IMG/VR virus record: IMGVR_UViG_3300021400_000932
DNA: 64,000 nucleotides
Direction: 5' to 3' (one strand)
Origin: a virus
Lineage: Duplodnaviria > Heunggongvirae > Uroviricota > Caudoviricetes
Both the position numbers and the translations under genes were made by a program. The first letter of the stretch is position 1; each line of letters begins with the position of its first letter. The notes under the pieces are model-generated. The model had not been told where the DNA came from. It saw nothing but the letters and a program-made list of their open reading frames with translations, and ran no database searches. Positions 18,891 to 28,229 of this stretch are shown here, piece by piece.

Positions 18891-20762
18891 CTATAATACA
18901 AAGAACTCTGGTGACAAAACTCTGTTTAATTCATCGAGTTCGGAATCAGAAGTAAACTTATTGATATACCACAGATAGAAATTCTCTTGGTATTTATCCC
19001 AGTCTATTCTATCTAATTCTGATTTAGTACAATATAGACCACAGCCGAAATATAGACCCCACCGGTTCATCTCTTTCACATAGTAATCCATTATCTTGTT
19101 ATTTTTCTTCTTGTCCGTTTCTGCGAACATTATATGTAGCCAAAGTCCTAATGCTGGTGGGTATTTTGATACAGTATAATATAGCTGTTCGCATTCCTTT
19201 TTAGCTTCCTCTACATTTCTTGCCCGCACATCAAAGAATAAACCGAACCGAACTCCGGCATCTATTGCGCTTTGCACCTGAGCGGCAAGATTTTCATTTC
19301 TCGAAAAAGCATATACTTTGTGTTCCACATCGAAGAATGCCCCAGCTTTGAACATTACTCCGGACACATGGTTCGACGTCATTTTATCATAATCAATATC
19401 TTTCGGCTTAACTGTTGGGTCTATCGCAATTATGAGTGCATTGATGGCTTCGGCATTGATAACATCATTGGGGTCTGCAACTACACCGCCACCACCGCTA
19501 TATGTTCCATAGCTACCAATCTCAGTATCCTTAAATTCTTTATATACAGCTCTCGCTAATTTCTCATATTCACCAAGACCGTGTGGGTTAGATGCAGAAA
19601 CATATCCAGACCATGCAGGCATTTCCCAAGCAACGAACCAGTCAATTCCTGGCCAAAAGTTGTTTTCGGTACATCCATGTGATTGACCTCGTTTTGCCCA
19701 CTGGCTCGGATTTCCGATAGAACCATAAGGACCGTAGGAACCAGAATAAGCAGCAACCGCAAAATTTAATTGTAAATCAAGGTCATCCCACTTCTTACCT
19801 TTTTCCTGTGCATACTTTATCAATGCACCCGCGCCATATTTGAATGTCCAAGAACCGATACCAATTCCGCAATACCCATCATAAGAATATCCATTTGGAC
19901 GATAATTATAAGTATATGAAATCAAGGAATCGGGTGGGTTTCTCATTATTACGCTATTGCCTGGGAATGTTCCAGAACAGTTTCCCAAGTAACCCTCTAT
20001 TTCACCAGGGAATAATTCTAAGTCGAGATATTTATATGGGGATTTAGAACCAGGTGTAAATGGGGGAGTTACATTTTTATAGGAAACTCCATACTGGTGT
20101 CCATTCTCACCCAACCAATATCCCATACAGCTTGCCGCAGATTCTTTCGACATACCGGCGGTTGTAATCAAAAAGTCCCAAGCTCTTTTATTGTTAGTGT
20201 ACAGTTGAGTTCCACTAGAAACTTTACCGGTAGAAATTATCGCATTAGCCTTACTTGCAATATCCCCCATCCGATTATATAAATAATCACCTGGGCAGGC
20301 CTTGTTGGCATAGTCTCTATGAACGGTCATATTGCAACCATTCAAATGGTTCATTCGTTGATTTTGATTAGTAGACCACACCAATTTTTTGATGCCGTTT
20401 CTTAGGCATATATCCGCTACAAGTTTTATGGTGGCATTGTATGCTGCATCTGTAACAGCATATGGGTGATATGAGTTAGAAGCAACTTCGATAGTTACGG
20501 CTCTATTGTCATTCGCACCATTACTGGAACACCAAGACCGATTCCGTTCGTCAACATACAATCCGATTTTTCCGTCTGGACCGACACCATAATTAGAAGA
20601 TGCTTCCACAGAAGAACTACTAAAGAGGTTGCCACAACTTTCTGCTGACATCTGACCTGCCATACAATGAATTGTAATTGTATCAATCGAATGATTTCTT
20701 TGCCCGCTGTGATTTGGGCTATATATTTTAACCGTAGCTAAACTACTGTTAGAAAATGCCAT
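18891..20762 (-). CDS. Virion-associated hydrolase: amidase_2 + lysozyme-like + degenerate GH25-like domain
   Basis: ITIHC..SSNY..TIEVA..HRDYANKACPG; GIGSWT..LQLNF; C-terminal barrel-like region. Confidence 0.75.
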   Translation of the reverse strand: MAFSNSSLATVKIYSPNHSGQRNHSIDTITIHCMAGQMSAESCGNLFSSSSVEASSNYGVGPDGKIGLYVDERNRSWCSSNGANDNRAVTIEVASNSYHPYAVTDAAYNATIKLVADICLRNGIKKLVWSTNQNQRMNHLNGCNMTVHRDYANKACPGDYLYNRMGDIASKANAIISTGKVSSGTQLYTNNKRAWDFLITTAGMSKESAASCMGYWLGENGHQYGVSYKNVTPPFTPGSKSPYKYLDLELFPGEIEGYLGNCSGTFPGNSVIMRNPPDSLISYTYNYRPNGYSYDGYCGIGIGSWTFKYGAGALIKYAQEKGKKWDDLDLQLNFAVAAYSGSYGPYGSIGNPSQWAKRGQSHGCTENNFWPGIDWFVAWEMPAWSGYVSASNPHGLGEYEKLARAVYKEFKDTEIGSYGTYSGGGGVVADPNDVINAEAINALIIAIDPTVKPKDIDYDKMTSNHVSGVMFKAGAFFDVEHKVYAFSRNENLAAQVQSAIDAGVRFGLFFDVRARNVEEAKKECEQLYYTVSKYPPALGLWLHIMFAETDKKKNNKIMDYYVKEMNRWGLYFGCGLYCTKSELDRIDWDKYQENFYLWYINKFTSDSELDELNRVLSPEFFVL

Positions 20763-20775
20763 ATTGCCTCACCAA

Positions 20776-21246
20776 TCAAAATCTTTCAAATGTATTTGCA
20801 ACAGCCACATCATAGGTATACACAAGTATCTTTGGCATAATATCTTTAAGCATAAAATCTGTTGGGTCATGCTTATATGCTTTCACATTACCGAATAATA
20901 TAGGATACCTTGAATATACCCTCGTACAATACTCAACTCCCACCCATTTGTCTGCTGAACCGATTCGAATACCGGCATCTAGTGCATCGAACATAGAAAC
21001 CGGAGAATCGGACAGATTGAGATATCTAATATACAAATCATCGCTAACTTTCATAGTTACTATGTAAGTGGTTTTACCATTCCAGTTGTTTTCTAAAATA
21101 TCAACAACTTGACTTTTGATGATATTGTATACCTCTGTGGTTTTGATGTCGATGCTGGTGTGTGCAGGGGGTGAGAGTTTCCAATTATCTATTACAAGAG
21201 AATCGGACGGTTTCTCAATTCCTGTTAAAATAGATAGATTTTTCAT
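20776..21246 (-). CDS. Degenerate M23 peptidase-fold protein
   Basis: SIDI..V..YIRYLNL..V...D...G..IG spacing matches M23 but the HxH motif is absent. Confidence 0.45.
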   Translation of the reverse strand: MKNLSILTGIEKPSDSLVIDNWKLSPPAHTSIDIKTTEVYNIIKSQVVDILENNWNGKTTYIVTMKVSDDLYIRYLNLSDSPVSMFDALDAGIRIGSADKWVGVEYCTRVYSRYPILFGNVKAYKHDPTDFMLKDIMPKILVYTYDVAVANTFERF

Positions 21247-21263
21247 TATTAAATTTCCTTGGA

Positions 21264-22736
21264 TTATAAAGATATTGAAGTAGAACTTCCTATCAGAGTT
21301 TCGAAATCGGGGTATATCTGACCAAAATCGACCTTTCCGGTAGAAATGATATTTGATGTGGGGGACATCGAACTTGGTGTATAACCCACATTACCACCGT
21401 TGGAGATTGATATACCCTGAGATGCGTAAGTTTGGTTAGCGGACGACATTGTTAATCTTTGTAGCTTCAAAGTAGTAACGAATGTATTTGATATTGTATG
21501 GGATACCGACATAACATTATATATTCCGGATATGGGGGATAATGTATTGTCGGATAGGACTATCAGCGATACCGGCTGAGCCAATTTATAGTTTGTACTC
21601 GTTCCGATAATCTGCACTTGGAAATCTCCACTGAACTGAGTAGCGATAGCATTTATGTCATTTATAATAGAACTTGATTGGAATGTATCTGCTAATGTAC
21701 TACTCCAACTGTTTACGACCGTAGCATCCGACAATATGGTGTTGCCGCTACCATCTATGTTAAAACCAACCCCAGCGAAGCTCATATCTGTCACATTGTA
21801 AGCAATACCGTTGTATGAACCATTAATACTCAGAATGTTTGTATTTGCAGTTCCATACTCTAAGGTATCTCCATTGTGTGCAGCATTTAATCCGGCATTA
21901 CTCTTATAATGGATTGTTCCCAACTGTGTCATTGTTGGTTCATCGACCCAATATGAGAATGAAGAATTTTGTACTGTGTTATCTGTCATACCCTTTTTCA
22001 AGAAATTAGACAGCGGAGTGACACTTAGATTGTTCAATCCTTGACTCAGTTTGTTTAAACCGGTCAATCCTGCGGCATCTCTGGTAGCATTATAAGACGT
22101 CGATAGTCTTAGTAGACCAGGGAAATCATCATAATCGTCTTGTGCTTTGAAACTACCCCTAACATAGTTAGTAAAACTTGTTGTCAAAGCACCGTGGTTT
22201 ACATAAGTTGGTGCATCTGAATGGTCTATATCGAGATTATAATATGTATCAGCCTTTACCGCTTTTGCGAGAGCTTCCACTACTGCGGATGGTTGAACAA
22301 TTCCGGATACCGCAGGAATATTAAGAACAGGTGTACTCATCTGCATAGCTAATGATGCATACCCATTCAACTTGTAGTTCATAAATCTTCCTTGTGTGGA
22401 CACAGTAAATTTTAGCGTCCAACCCTGATAGGAAACATTCTCAGCGACCGTACCATCAGGGTTTAACCACCCGAATATAAATGAAACAGGAATACCACTT
22501 GAATTGCTGTATCCTGCGGATTTCTGTGCAGCAGAATACAGCAGAGCTTCAAATGCGGCGATGTTCGCTTTTTTGTTAGCACTACCACCAACTGTAACAG
22601 ATAAAGTCCAAGAGGTATATGAATCTATTTGGGAGTTATCTACTTGAAGTTGTGTAAATGGTGCCGGTATCATAAGACCGAATTCAGTTAATGATACTCC
22701 GGCAAGCGAAAAGTTACAGAATGGTTGCTTTTTCAT
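21264..22736 (-). CDS. Baseplate hub protein (gpD/gp27-like)
   Basis: FIFGW and SGIYNVMSVSHTIS..FVTTLKLQR C-terminal pattern; synteny. Confidence 0.65.
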   Translation of the reverse strand: MKKQPFCNFSLAGVSLTEFGLMIPAPFTQLQVDNSQIDSYTSWTLSVTVGGSANKKANIAAFEALLYSAAQKSAGYSNSSGIPVSFIFGWLNPDGTVAENVSYQGWTLKFTVSTQGRFMNYKLNGYASLAMQMSTPVLNIPAVSGIVQPSAVVEALAKAVKADTYYNLDIDHSDAPTYVNHGALTTSFTNYVRGSFKAQDDYDDFPGLLRLSTSYNATRDAAGLTGLNKLSQGLNNLSVTPLSNFLKKGMTDNTVQNSSFSYWVDEPTMTQLGTIHYKSNAGLNAAHNGDTLEYGTANTNILSINGSYNGIAYNVTDMSFAGVGFNIDGSGNTILSDATVVNSWSSTLADTFQSSSIINDINAIATQFSGDFQVQIIGTSTNYKLAQPVSLIVLSDNTLSPISGIYNVMSVSHTISNTFVTTLKLQRLTMSSANQTYASQGISISNGGNVGYTPSSMSPTSNIISTGKVDFGQIYPDFETLIGSSTSISL

Positions 22737-22769
22737 TTACATCACCCCCAATGGTAATTATCACAAAGG

Positions 22770-23198
22770 CTACTCACTAGCCAAGTTCAGCGTTAATGCA
22801 GTAACAGGCTGTAAGATTTCTCCGGTCTGCATCAAATCAGTAACAGATTTAGGTATCATCAATTTCTGACCGAGCCTGCAAGTAAACCCATCTTCGATTT
22901 GGTTAAAATAGGCGATTACCCAGCTATATTTAGCAGAGCCTAAATACTTATGTGCTATTAAATCCAATCTATTTTCCTCTGTACCATCTACCTCATGCCA
23001 TGTAACAGCTAAATTAGAAGTCACAAAAGCATTTGGGGTTTCGAGGGCTATAAATCGTTCTTGTGTGTCGTGTGGAGAATGAATTACTCTCCGCAATCCT
23101 CTATATCGCGATATGTGTTTGTAATCACAACACGGAGCATATTGTATTCCTTTGTAGTCAACCTTATCATAAGGTTCTACTATATTCATTATATACAT
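22770..23198 (-). CDS. LysM-like baseplate protein (gpX/gp53-like)
   Basis: ENRLDLIAHKYLGS..WVIAYFN..GQKLMIP. Confidence 0.75.
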   Translation of the reverse strand: MYIMNIVEPYDKVDYKGIQYAPCCDYKHISRYRGLRRVIHSPHDTQERFIALETPNAFVTSNLAVTWHEVDGTEENRLDLIAHKYLGSAKYSWVIAYFNQIEDGFTCRLGQKLMIPKSVTDLMQTGEILQPVTALTLNLASE

Positions 23199-23202
23199 AA
23201 AA

Positions 23203-24240
23203 TCACCCTATCAGCGGTAATCCTCTAACTACATCATGGTTCAATGCTTTTGTAGAAACTTCAATGAATGACAAACTTATCTTGAAATGGAGATACCAGT
23301 TATCAATAGAACTTATTGGACCACTCGCATCCCAATCTACAGATACATCATTGATTATTCCGGAAATGAGCGGTGAACCGGAGATATATAATGTAGCGGT
23401 CGCAGTATTTACAGCGGAGCCAGAATATTTTGGATATAAGAATGCTTGGCAGAATCTAATTAATTCGTTGGCTTTTCCATCACCCTCATTTCCAGTCCAC
23501 ATTTGCCTATGGATATCAAATGTATAGGTATTAGCTCTCGGACCGGAACCATCATACACTTGCCACGGTTCATACTGATAAAGCAAATCGGGCATTGTGG
23601 AATAATTTGCAGTACGCTTATCAGATAGTTCCTCCGGATATACTGGAAAATCAATGGATTCTTGCGACATTGAATCAACAAGTGTTATTTGACCCCAAGG
23701 GATGTGAAACCATTGAAATAACCCACTATTTCCACTTCCGGAACTGCTACCATCGCCAGAACCAACAGGAACAGCAGGAAGCATAGCACTATAATCATTG
23801 AAGATGCCTGGGTCTATTTGGTTGTTTCTGCTGGGGTCAGCCAGTTGCGACATAGCCGCATTATATGTATTTCTGCCAACCGGACCGCCACCACCAAGAA
23901 TTTCAGAAGAATCCGGCAGTCGTATAGTTTCTGGAACTCTAACAGCATTTGGGAAAGCATCTAAATTCTTTAGAACTTTCCACCCAGAATCACCAAGCAA
24001 TGCGGCTTCTTCAAATACATTGTAGTCGCTGACAAATTTATTTAGAATGACCTGCTTATCTTGCCACGATACAGGTGGAGCAGTATTCATGATAGTTTTA
24101 CAATTATCATAATACTGCTGACCTATATTCACAGAACGAGATAACTGATTCTGCACAAGCATAGAAGTAACATTACGCGAACCGACCAACTGTCCTAAAG
24201 AGGACAGCGTAGTATCTTTTCCAATTCTAAGGAATTGCAT
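23203..24240 (-). CDS. Tail-tube initiator/baseplate protein (gpU/gp48-like)
   Basis: FPVYPEELSD..YDGSGPR..YPKY..GIINDVSVDW..ISLSFIE. Confidence 0.65.
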   Translation of the reverse strand: MQFLRIGKDTTLSSLGQLVGSRNVTSMLVQNQLSRSVNIGQQYYDNCKTIMNTAPPVSWQDKQVILNKFVSDYNVFEEAALLGDSGWKVLKNLDAFPNAVRVPETIRLPDSSEILGGGGPVGRNTYNAAMSQLADPSRNNQIDPGIFNDYSAMLPAVPVGSGDGSSSGSGNSGLFQWFHIPWGQITLVDSMSQESIDFPVYPEELSDKRTANYSTMPDLLYQYEPWQVYDGSGPRANTYTFDIHRQMWTGNEGDGKANELIRFCQAFLYPKYSGSAVNTATATLYISGSPLISGIINDVSVDWDASGPISSIDNWYLHFKISLSFIEVSTKALNHDVVRGLPLIG

Positions 24241-24253
24241 AAAATCACCTCAA

Positions 24254-24769
24254 TTATTGATATGCGGATAAGTTTAAACTCTTCAACACGTGCGGTTCTC
24301 CAAACATTGTCGGCGGTCTCAGTTTCCGTTCTTCGGAAGTTAGTTTGAAAGTCCACACTTCGCTTGTCCTGTATATTGCTGTATATATGGCATCATTAAA
24401 TTCATCTTCTGTGTTGTCGAGATGCAGAAGTACGAATAAATCATGTCTATCTTCAATAGGGGACATCGGACCAATTACAGCGCCTATCATATAGGAATAC
24501 ACCCAATCTGGAAGAATATATCTTTTAGACAGCTTCGGGGCATCCTGATTTTTTCTATATTTAGATATGTGATAGTGTATCCACGTTTTCAAGTTCTGAT
24601 ATTTCTGTTGGAAATCTCTATTAGGACACGGATAGTTCATATCAAAATAATTCGTATCGTTGTAGAAAAAAGCATCAAACATTTCATCATCGCTTATTAG
24701 ATGGTATGGGTAGTCTGGTAAATAACCCTCTTGCACATATCTAATTTTGATAATGTCATGAATCAGCAT
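24254..24769 (-). CDS. Hypothetical protein
   Basis: 171 aa in the tail operon. Confidence 0.55.
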   Translation of the reverse strand: MLIHDIIKIRYVQEGYLPDYPYHLISDDEMFDAFFYNDTNYFDMNYPCPNRDFQQKYQNLKTWIHYHISKYRKNQDAPKLSKRYILPDWVYSYMIGAVIGPMSPIEDRHDLFVLLHLDNTEDEFNDAIYTAIYRTSEVWTFKLTSEERKLRPPTMFGEPHVLKSLNLSAYQ

Positions 24770-27700
24770 ACGGTTCCTCCATAGAATAAATTATAGGTAT
24801 TTTGTTTCCATGGAGCAAGAACTGTATCAACATCGGCATTGATTGATGCTGCTGTGATGTTAGTCATGATTGCAATATTGCCGGTAGCGGTTCTATTGGA
24901 ATTTGCGACGTCATATATGCCGGTTTCTGCCGTGAAGTTGGTATTCGAAATGATTACTTCAGTTCCGCCATCCGGTTTATATGCGGAAACAAAATTTCCT
25001 GTGATTTTAAGAGGTTTCTTTATGCAAGCCTGCGGATAAGAAAGTCCGGCACCTTGAGGTAAAGTAAACTTGCCATAGAACACATGCTGACCATCTGGGT
25101 CAATATTATTTGTTGAACTATCGGCAATAAGTAATCCTACCTTAGTAATAACACCCGTACCATCGAAAGATATGCTGCTTAGTGCCATCTTATAGTGAGT
25201 GTCATTTGGCGCATCGAGATTCCAGAATTCAAATCCCTCAGAAATATAACCAACATCAAGCTCGCTTACCGTCTTATCATCTACTACAATTTGTGGGTCG
25301 CCAGATTCATATGGCTGATACCATAAGCTAAGACCTACTATGCCGGTAAAGTTCTCTGGATAGAAGTCCGCATACACCACACCATCTTCATACTCGATTG
25401 TATCATTAAGTCCGTTCGCCTGCGTATTTCTGTCTGCGGAAACAATATAATTCAGCACAGCGGCATCGTAATATAGGTTAGTCCGATATAGATTGATAAT
25501 GGGACCACCCTCATAGGCATTTGATACCGTATCACCACAGATTACAGGGTCAATCCTTATTTTCTGACAGTCTACTATATTTATAGTAGTTTTGCTTGTA
25601 GCTGTACCCTTAAAATGAAAATATACACAAGTTCCAAATCTGGAATCAATGTTACGAATGGTGATAGCCTGATTGGATGTTTCTTCTCCACCAGATGGAG
25701 ATTCAGCATCAGCAATATCTATATAAATATGTATTACATTCGCAGGAACATTGTTTTTAGCTGCATTCTTTTTCTGTTCAGAATTAGGAAATGCGATTCT
25801 GTCATTGACATATTCATCCAAGTAATCCTGAACTTCAGACAAAGAAAGGCTGGTGGGGAATGTTAAATCTTCACCTAACTGGTAAGCCAACAGACCGGTT
25901 CTCAATAAACCATAGTCAACTAACCGAAGGTGTCCATCGGTATCCATATAGACATATCCAGCATCAATCCTATCGGATGCATCGGAAGCTACATTGTAGA
26001 ATCCTCCAATGGTTTCTTCGGTTGCAAGCGGAATTGTGCCGGTAAGATATATAGTAGAAGACCATTCTTTTGGGGTTGCAGAAGTAACAACAAAGTAGTA
26101 GTCCTTAACATGAGGAATCTCTACATCATTTACAGTTTCTGTATACTGATAAGTAACTACAAAGTAATCGACATTCGGGATTCCTCGCATTGCTTTGAAA
26201 TCAGGGAATAAATCAGAATACTCCCTACTCATTTCATAATACTTGTAGGTCGCAGTCATACTTGTTTCTTCGAGTGTAGATACTACGCTCTTAGCGATGA
26301 CCGCACCAGTTACGGGATTTACTGCATTGTAATCAAGATTGCGGGTATATGTTATTTTTGCGACTACATTGATTTCAGCACCACGGTTCGGTGCGATGGA
26401 CAGAAGAACGCCACTAGCAAATCTAACAAATGTTACTCTTCCGACAGCAACATCTTCACCCTCAATCTGTTCAGTTTCTTGGACAAAGATGTAATAGATT
26501 CTATCTATTTCCGCAGCTTCATCACCAGGGTACAGAGAGATTTCTTCCCCATCAAGTGTGACTTTAGTTGGTTCAGCAGTTCCGCCAACTTTAATGGTTA
26601 TCGGAGTTCCGTCTATTGTTTTATCAGATATGGTTCTGGATGCGGGTGCAGCTAATTCTGTACTATAGAATTTAACAGTTGTTCCATCTCCGGTAAATGG
26701 AACCTCTACAGTATCATAACTAGCGACAGTCATAACCGGTGAGTTATCTGCGGTTATAAACGCAACCGGAGTCTTACTTACATATGTTCTTTGGAATTTA
26801 TCATCTACCATCGGCTTGACGGTGAATAGATTATCGCTGACAGATGCTTCATATAACTTGACGCCGGTAGGCATATCATAACCAGGTTCCCAATGAGGTT
26901 CTTTATCCTCAATGTAGCCAATGTATGCAAGATTTGTAACCAATCCAGGGATTACAGAATAAATGGTTGATGGTGCATTTGCGGTTGTAGAATTCTCTAC
27001 AGTCAAGTCCTGCCCGACAAGAACATAATCACCGACATTCCACAACGGATTAATCTCAGGAAGTCCATCGGATTCATTGATTTCCTGTGTGGATATGGAT
27101 TCTCGATAAGCTCTTTGCTTACCACCCACAAGGTTATGCAGTTCCAATGACAGCCTATCGTTGATTTTCTTTATGTTCTTGGTATATTCAGGAGTAACTG
27201 TACCTGGGGTATTCAGAACATAGTCAGCCTTGGGGAGCTTCATTATCTTATCCTTATAGTATAATAGCTCACCATTAGCATTTTTCATGCCATCTACCTG
27301 CTTGTGAGGAATATCCAAGTATACGGAATTATCTGTAAGGTCTACACCGAATACAGCCTCATCACCAAGTTCGGTATCATCGGTAGTTGTATTCTTATTA
27401 ATATCGGTATGTGAATCCCAAACCATCAAGCTACCAGTGGCATCGCACCAAGTATCTTTACCGGACACATCATAAGAACCCGTTGTAGAATTATATGTGC
27501 TCTTTCCAGCAAATACATATAATCTGTTTGGGTGAATACCCGCCTTGGATATGTAAGTATCCGACAGAATATCATTGATATTGAATATTCTCTCGCCATC
27601 AATATACTTCGTCTTGTCAGGATTCTGTGTAATCGAACTCTCTACAATAGAACCATTGCGGAATGTAAATGTAGCCAGTTTCAAATGACAAGTAACAGCA

Positions 27701-28209
27701 GATTCGTCTTCCGGAACATCCAAAGGAGTAAGTAACTCATTTTCCGGAAGAATGACAAGCTGAACACCAGAATACTTATTGTTATTGTCTTCGGCAACCA
27801 TAGAACCAGCCATTGTAGCTTCGGTGCTATAATATGCCCGTATACCGATAGCAAGTTTACCCTTTAATGGGGACATACTATGATTCTGCAATTCGGTATT
27901 TGCTTCCAGTATGTCAATGTACATCGGAGCTAAATTCTCAACAAAGTGACCATTGACTATCGCTCGGCCAGGAAAAATTTTCAAAGTAGAACGGGATACC
28001 GCAGAATCAGTATCTCCGGTATCGAGTGCTACTTTATAATCATCATCACAATGAGTGAATGAATGGCCGGCATCGAAATGTATAGCCGATGGTGTGCTAA
28101 CCATCTCTCGACTACGCAAGTTCCATTCGGAAAGCAACTGACCGCCAGCGGTTGAGTTAGCCAGAGGGAATATATTGGTGCTTGATACTAGAAATGTAGT
28201 GAAATTCAT
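24763..28209 (-). CDS. Large tail/baseplate structural protein
   Basis: 1148 aa, beta-rich; PGRAIVNGH..LKLATF pattern; follows the tape measure gene. Confidence 0.6.
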   Translation of the reverse strand: MNFTTFLVSSTNIFPLANSTAGGQLLSEWNLRSREMVSTPSAIHFDAGHSFTHCDDDYKVALDTGDTDSAVSRSTLKIFPGRAIVNGHFVENLAPMYIDILEANTELQNHSMSPLKGKLAIGIRAYYSTEATMAGSMVAEDNNNKYSGVQLVILPENELLTPLDVPEDESAVTCHLKLATFTFRNGSIVESSITQNPDKTKYIDGERIFNINDILSDTYISKAGIHPNRLYVFAGKSTYNSTTGSYDVSGKDTWCDATGSLMVWDSHTDINKNTTTDDTELGDEAVFGVDLTDNSVYLDIPHKQVDGMKNANGELLYYKDKIMKLPKADYVLNTPGTVTPEYTKNIKKINDRLSLELHNLVGGKQRAYRESISTQEINESDGLPEINPLWNVGDYVLVGQDLTVENSTTANAPSTIYSVIPGLVTNLAYIGYIEDKEPHWEPGYDMPTGVKLYEASVSDNLFTVKPMVDDKFQRTYVSKTPVAFITADNSPVMTVASYDTVEVPFTGDGTTVKFYSTELAAPASRTISDKTIDGTPITIKVGGTAEPTKVTLDGEEISLYPGDEAAEIDRIYYIFVQETEQIEGEDVAVGRVTFVRFASGVLLSIAPNRGAEINVVAKITYTRNLDYNAVNPVTGAVIAKSVVSTLEETSMTATYKYYEMSREYSDLFPDFKAMRGIPNVDYFVVTYQYTETVNDVEIPHVKDYYFVVTSATPKEWSSTIYLTGTIPLATEETIGGFYNVASDASDRIDAGYVYMDTDGHLRLVDYGLLRTGLLAYQLGEDLTFPTSLSLSEVQDYLDEYVNDRIAFPNSEQKKNAAKNNVPANVIHIYIDIADAESPSGGEETSNQAITIRNIDSRFGTCVYFHFKGTATSKTTINIVDCQKIRIDPVICGDTVSNAYEGGPIINLYRTNLYYDAAVLNYIVSADRNTQANGLNDTIEYEDGVVYADFYPENFTGIVGLSLWYQPYESGDPQIVVDDKTVSELDVGYISEGFEFWNLDAPNDTHYKMALSSISFDGTGVITKVGLLIADSSTNNIDPDGQHVFYGKFTLPQGAGLSYPQACIKKPLKITGNFVSAYKPDGGTEVIISNTNFTAETGIYDVANSNRTATGNIAIMTNITAASINADVDTVLAPWKQNTYNLFYGGTVC

Positions 28210-28229
28210 ATACTCTAATCACCTTTCTA

